NCBI GenBank assembly: GCA_977862235.1
Contig: OZ374561.1
Coordinates: 1,426,001 to 1,490,000 of the forward strand
DNA from: Dudresnaya verticillata
Lineage: Eukaryota
Reading direction: 5' to 3'
DNA length: 64,000 bases
The notes below the pieces were generated by a model that saw only the letters and a list, made by a program, of their open reading frames with translations, searched no databases and had not been told where the DNA came from. Position 1 is the first letter of the stretch. The number at the start of each line of letters is the position of its first letter. Below are positions 60,148-64,000 of this stretch, piece after piece. A program made the translations under genes and the position numbers.

Positions 60148-60707
60148 TCGTCCAGCTCAATCTCGCGACTCCGCGGATAAATCGCTTCGACAAAGCGGTC
60201 GCAAAAGTCGCAACCGAGTATAACCGGCGCAGCGAGCCGTTCACAGACGATCAACTCCAACTTGACGACTCTTCGTCCGAGACGTACGACTAAGTCGATA
60301 GTGCCCCGGGTCTGAATCGCTTTGTTGTTAGCGTCTGATATGACGGGGAGACTCTTGGATACGATCCGTGACCGCGCTTCTAGCGGAATATCGTCAATAC
60401 GGATGAAATTCGGACCAGCCCCCGTGTCGAGGACAGTGAGTTTACGTGCCAAGGTACCTACAGTTATGCCTAGATCGGCGTATACTTTGTAGTTCCTTTT
60501 GGCCATTACGAACAACTGTACCCGGGCTTCTGGGGGCTGGTACCTACGCCAGGGGCGCTTCAAGGACGTCTGTGACGAGTCTACCCGCCCATCGGCGTGT
60601 TTGTTAACTACGTTCGGGTCCTCCTTCCGTGTCAGCACCCGAGGCGGAAGCCTCTTTGCTTGGTGCGACACCCCAGTGTCAGGAGTTGGTACCCTTATTA
60701 GTTTTTC
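60148..60707 (-). pseudogene. pol: Protease (5') part of element A pol
   Basis: KRNYKVYAD, LTVLDTGAGPNFI, VILGCDFCDRFVEAIYP; continues into 47514 after excising B. Confidence 0.92.
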
Positions 60708-60954
60708 GCCTGCGGCGGTTGTAGCGGCACTGCGTAGCGATTGACCACCGTCGGATGACGTTCTGCTGCGTGCGGCATAGGTCCGCCTCGTGGCGACGGT
60801 GGTCGTGCTGCACGGCGTGCTGCTTCACGCGCAGCGCGTTCCTTGTACCGAGTGTACGCGTCGGCGGGTACCCCCGCCCTCTCGGCGTCTGTTAAGCCTT
60901 CGTAGTTGGCGATCGCTTTCATATACTCGCTCATGCGGAGGAAACAGTCCGGTG
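60698..60954 (-). pseudogene. gag: C-terminal gag fragment of element A
   Basis: TPDCFL..ANYEGLTDAERAGVPADAY..ERHP aligns to B gag SPECFL..LNYKSLSAVDRERVPATSY..ERHP; cut inside the Zn knuckle by C. Confidence 0.8.
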
Positions 60955-61740
60955 TGTAGTATCTCGCACGGCACCACCGCGTACGGCAGCCGGGCGAGAC
61001 CCCAAGAGGACCCAAAAGACCTGTCGGATTTCGTGGTAGAACGGCCGAACGTAGAACGGACCTGCGCACCGGTAGCAAATATGGTAGAGCGGAGTGCGCA
61101 GACGAAGTCGCGGCCAAAAACCTGGATGAGCAGCGGAAAATGGCCGAGTTGGGAAAAAGGTTACAAAACTTTACTCTCAACCTCTGGCGGGACATCTTCG
61201 TACCTATTTTGGCCGAGCCGTGGTTTGTGGCCGTCTAAGTAGGCCCAAAATCGGCCACTAGAGCTAATCTAGAGCTATTCTACATATTCTACAGTTAGTG
61301 GCCGAGGTTACTCCCCGTCGGCCATAATATCTACTTGTGTACCGGTGTCGGGCCAATGTTGTACCCTTACCAGTTTAAACCAAGTACTTGTTCGTTAGTG
61401 GTCGGCCAAGTGAGTTAGATTTTCCCTTGATTTTTCTGCTGTCTTCTGCTTGATTTCATGCGCGGCCAGATCCCATTTCCCTTTCGCACTTGCTTCCAGA
61501 TCCGATCACACCGATCATACGTGTACAGCGAGCCACGTGGTGCGCTTAGGTGTCGTCGGTGGCCACGTGTGACACACGTGTACACTTGTTGGACACGTGT
61601 GCTCCTTGCACGGTGTTCACCGTCGTCCGCTCGGCCGCACTGTCGTCGGTTGGCCAAACGTATCTTTGTGATTGGGCTGCCCGTCCCACTTGGCCCGGCC
61701 GGTTGCGCCCGTTTTGGAGGCCCCTTGGCGTTGCACCACA
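60955..61740 (-). repeat. Inferred 3' LTR of element C (786 bp)
   Basis: TG..CA ends, terminus nearly identical to the B LTR terminus, adjacent PPT, size similar to the B LTR; partner LTR not visible. Confidence 0.7.
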
Positions 61741-61951
61741 GAGCCCCCTTCGCAGCGCGGATCCCCGGCCGCGAGCTCGGATCACGGCTATATCAAGACG
61801 GGTGCCACGTCGTCTGGCACCCTCATCCCCGGCCATCATCCTCAGCACGCGCATCTTCACTGCGCCCACTTGCACCCTACGGCCGACTGCGCTCCTTACT
61901 CTTCACCTTCTTCCACCTTCTTCCGCGCCACTTCTCGGCCGTCGCGTAGCG

Positions 61952-63990
61952 ATGACTACCGGCCCGGCCAAACAGCGCGCGCGTCGCGCTCCCTCTTCCC
62001 GTCGTGCGAAGAAGACCCCGCCCCCGCGCGTGATCTCATCCGACTCTTCGAGCGACGACAACGCGGCCATCTCAGCGCAGAAGAAGCCGTCAATGGCCGA
62101 TTTGCGGAAAGCAGTGGCGTCGTCATCCAAGAGCACGCCGGCAAAAGTCACAGCGCCCTCATCATCCAAACACACGGCCGCGCCTCAAGAGAAGAAAACG
62201 GCCGACGAGCAAGCTAAGGAGTTGGCAAATACAGAAGAATTGCAGAAGGTCCTGGCCAACTACCGCGAACGTCGTGCGGCCGAGGACAAGGAAATCTTGG
62301 AACTGCAGAGTCGTTTGGCCGCGTTGGAAGAAGCGAAGAAGACTACTGCGAAGACGTCGGCCGATGCGGTGTTACTCTCGTCATCATCCCCGACACCCCC
62401 TCCCGTTTCCAAGTCAAGGCCGATGAAGCTGGCCATATCCGCTCTTGCACCGTCGCCGAACGTGGCTGCAGCTTCTGGTATGACCACTCGCAAGAACATT
62501 CCGTCGGTTCCGGCTCTCCCCTTGCCTGTGATGCGCGTAACTCCGGCCGACTCTGCAGCGGTAGCGGGGGCATCGTCTGCCCCAGTTGACACGGCCGCTA
62601 TCAAGCAGGCCAGCAAGAAGGCGACACGCCCTTCTTCGGCCGTTACCGCTATTGTGCCGCCGGCCCCACTTCCAACTTCGGCCAATCAGTCTACCCCGTC
62701 TGCCAGCGTTGGACCCGATGGAAACGCTAAAGCGGCAGAGGCAGCACCTGAGAAGTCGGCTAATGAGAAGAAGGTGGATCGTGCTGAGACGGCCAACCCA
62801 GAAGACTTGGCCATCTTGCGTGAAGCTATGGAAGCAGCGGCCGAACGAGAGAAGGCGCGTGCCTTAGCAGGTATCGCTGTCCCACGTCGGCCGACAGCTG
62901 AGAAGGCCACTGATAATCCGACGGTGCACCGTTTAGCCCCTCGCTTGCGGTCATCTCCTTCGCCATTCATGCCTACTCGTCGATCTGCCCCCGGTCTAAA
63001 GCCTTCTTCATCGCGCAGCCCACCATCGAAGAAGTTGCGAACGGCCGAAGAAGAGAAGACAGCGGCCGTTAAGAAGGTACCTCCTCCTTCGAGGAGCGAG
63101 GTGATCGACGTCGATGCGGACACCCCTGTGCCACCGGCGATGTTGATGAGCGATGGCGACCAGCGGCGCTTCACCAGTCAGTTGCCCGACTTAGAAGACT
63201 TATCTCGGCCGAATAACAAGGGGGAAGTTGCTCCAGCGGCTCCCACTTCGGCTCCTCAGACATCTTCACCGGCCGTTCCAGCTCCAACGCCAGACCCCAG
63301 GGAGTCTGCACTTATTCCGCGTGAAGACGTAGTGGATGCCACGGCCGTTAGTCAAGAAGTTCGTCGGCCGACCTCATCAGCCGCTCGTCCAACTCGTGGC
63401 CATTCTGTGCCGATTTCTACACCGGCCGACTCTTCTCCTCTGCCGCAAGACTCCGCCCCTGCTAGGCACAACCAGACGGCGTCACATCGGCCGGCTCATA
63501 TCCTACCGGGGACCGAAGATCGCGACGGCCCAGAGTTGCGGCTTGACGCAAGCTTGCCCGACATGTCCATATGGCCGAAGTTTCCGAGAGTCGACATCAA
63601 CTACACGGAGTTGGTGGCTACTTCGCCGAAGTTGGATATGGTTCGTCTTCGGAGAGTCCCGATAACTTGGCCGATAATTGGCGCCAGTTCCGTTCTTCGC
63701 GCGCTGGTGGCCACTTGTATTGGGTGCCATGGGAGATTGGATGCGACCGCGCCTTCTTGCTCAACATGGGCGACGTTCTGTTGGTCCACCAAGCTTGGCT
63801 TACGCTCACCGGCCGTTCCTCCGTAATGCTATACATGTTGACTTGGTGGCATGCCTTCCCGCAGTCTTGGATGTTGGACCGTGCAGATCAGGCCGTGGTA
63901 CGTAGTGCGAAATGGGCTAGCACGGACTTGCGCCGCGTGATTGCTCCGACCGACTGGGTTGCTCATCAAACAACCGGTTGCTACATCTAG
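61952..63990 (+). pseudogene. Antisense accessory ORF of element C (basic/Ser-Ala-Pro-rich region with coiled coil, then Trp-rich domain); one frameshift near 63660
   Basis: ATG 61952, open for over 560 codons; protein-like continuation DNLADNWRQF..HLYWVPWEIG..WWHAFPQSW in another frame. Confidence 0.65.
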
Positions 63991-64000
63991 TTGGCCGGTG

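Larger units (their letters stand above)
38446..60954 (-). mobile_element. Ty3/Gypsy chromovirus LTR retrotransposon A (interrupted by B at 47515-60147 and by C at 60955; 5' end outside the window)
   Basis: Gag C-terminus, PR, RT (YLDD), RNase H, IN and chromodomain on the minus strand; the protease-linker frame EIELDD|GTRVPITRR rejoins exactly when B is removed. Confidence 0.92.
60955..64000 (-). mobile_element. 3' part of a third LTR retrotransposon C inserted in the gag of A (continues beyond window)
   Basis: Minus strand reads PPT GAAGGGGG-CTC (61751-61741), then TGTGGTGCAA (61740) ... ATACTACA (60955); abrupt loss of gag homology at 60955; long antisense ORF follows. No pol in window. 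Confidence 0.72.

Overview
Eukaryotic genomic DNA with compact, almost intron-free genes. Gene content and style suggest a florideophyte red alga (inference). Bases 1-35.5 kb are host sequence: a DUR3 urea transporter, about 10 kb with no recognisable gene, then a dense cluster (hemerythrin-like protein, AGC-like pseudokinase, PPR-like protein, coiled-coil protein, bromodomain protein, signal-peptide JmjC pseudoenzyme, TRAF/XAF1-type Zn-finger protein, two-exon alpha-kinase, Maf). Bases 35.5-64 kb are a transposon nest. A pogo-like remnant is fused to a relic LTR-element fragment (A'), into which Ty3/Gypsy chromovirus A inserted. A is itself interrupted by full-length element B (776-bp LTRs, TCGTC target-site duplication) and by element C. 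The main candidate novel system: every LTR element here carries a long ANTISENSE ORF starting next to its 3' LTR. In A, A' and B it shares a ~390-aa Trp-rich domain I cannot assign to a family. The LTR and antisense-ORF regions are studded with element-specific palindromic DNA motifs (CGCC-N3-GGCG in A/A', YGGCCR in C). This resembles a sequence-specific regulator/anti-silencing module, a function that is inferred only. All counts are by eye and approximate.
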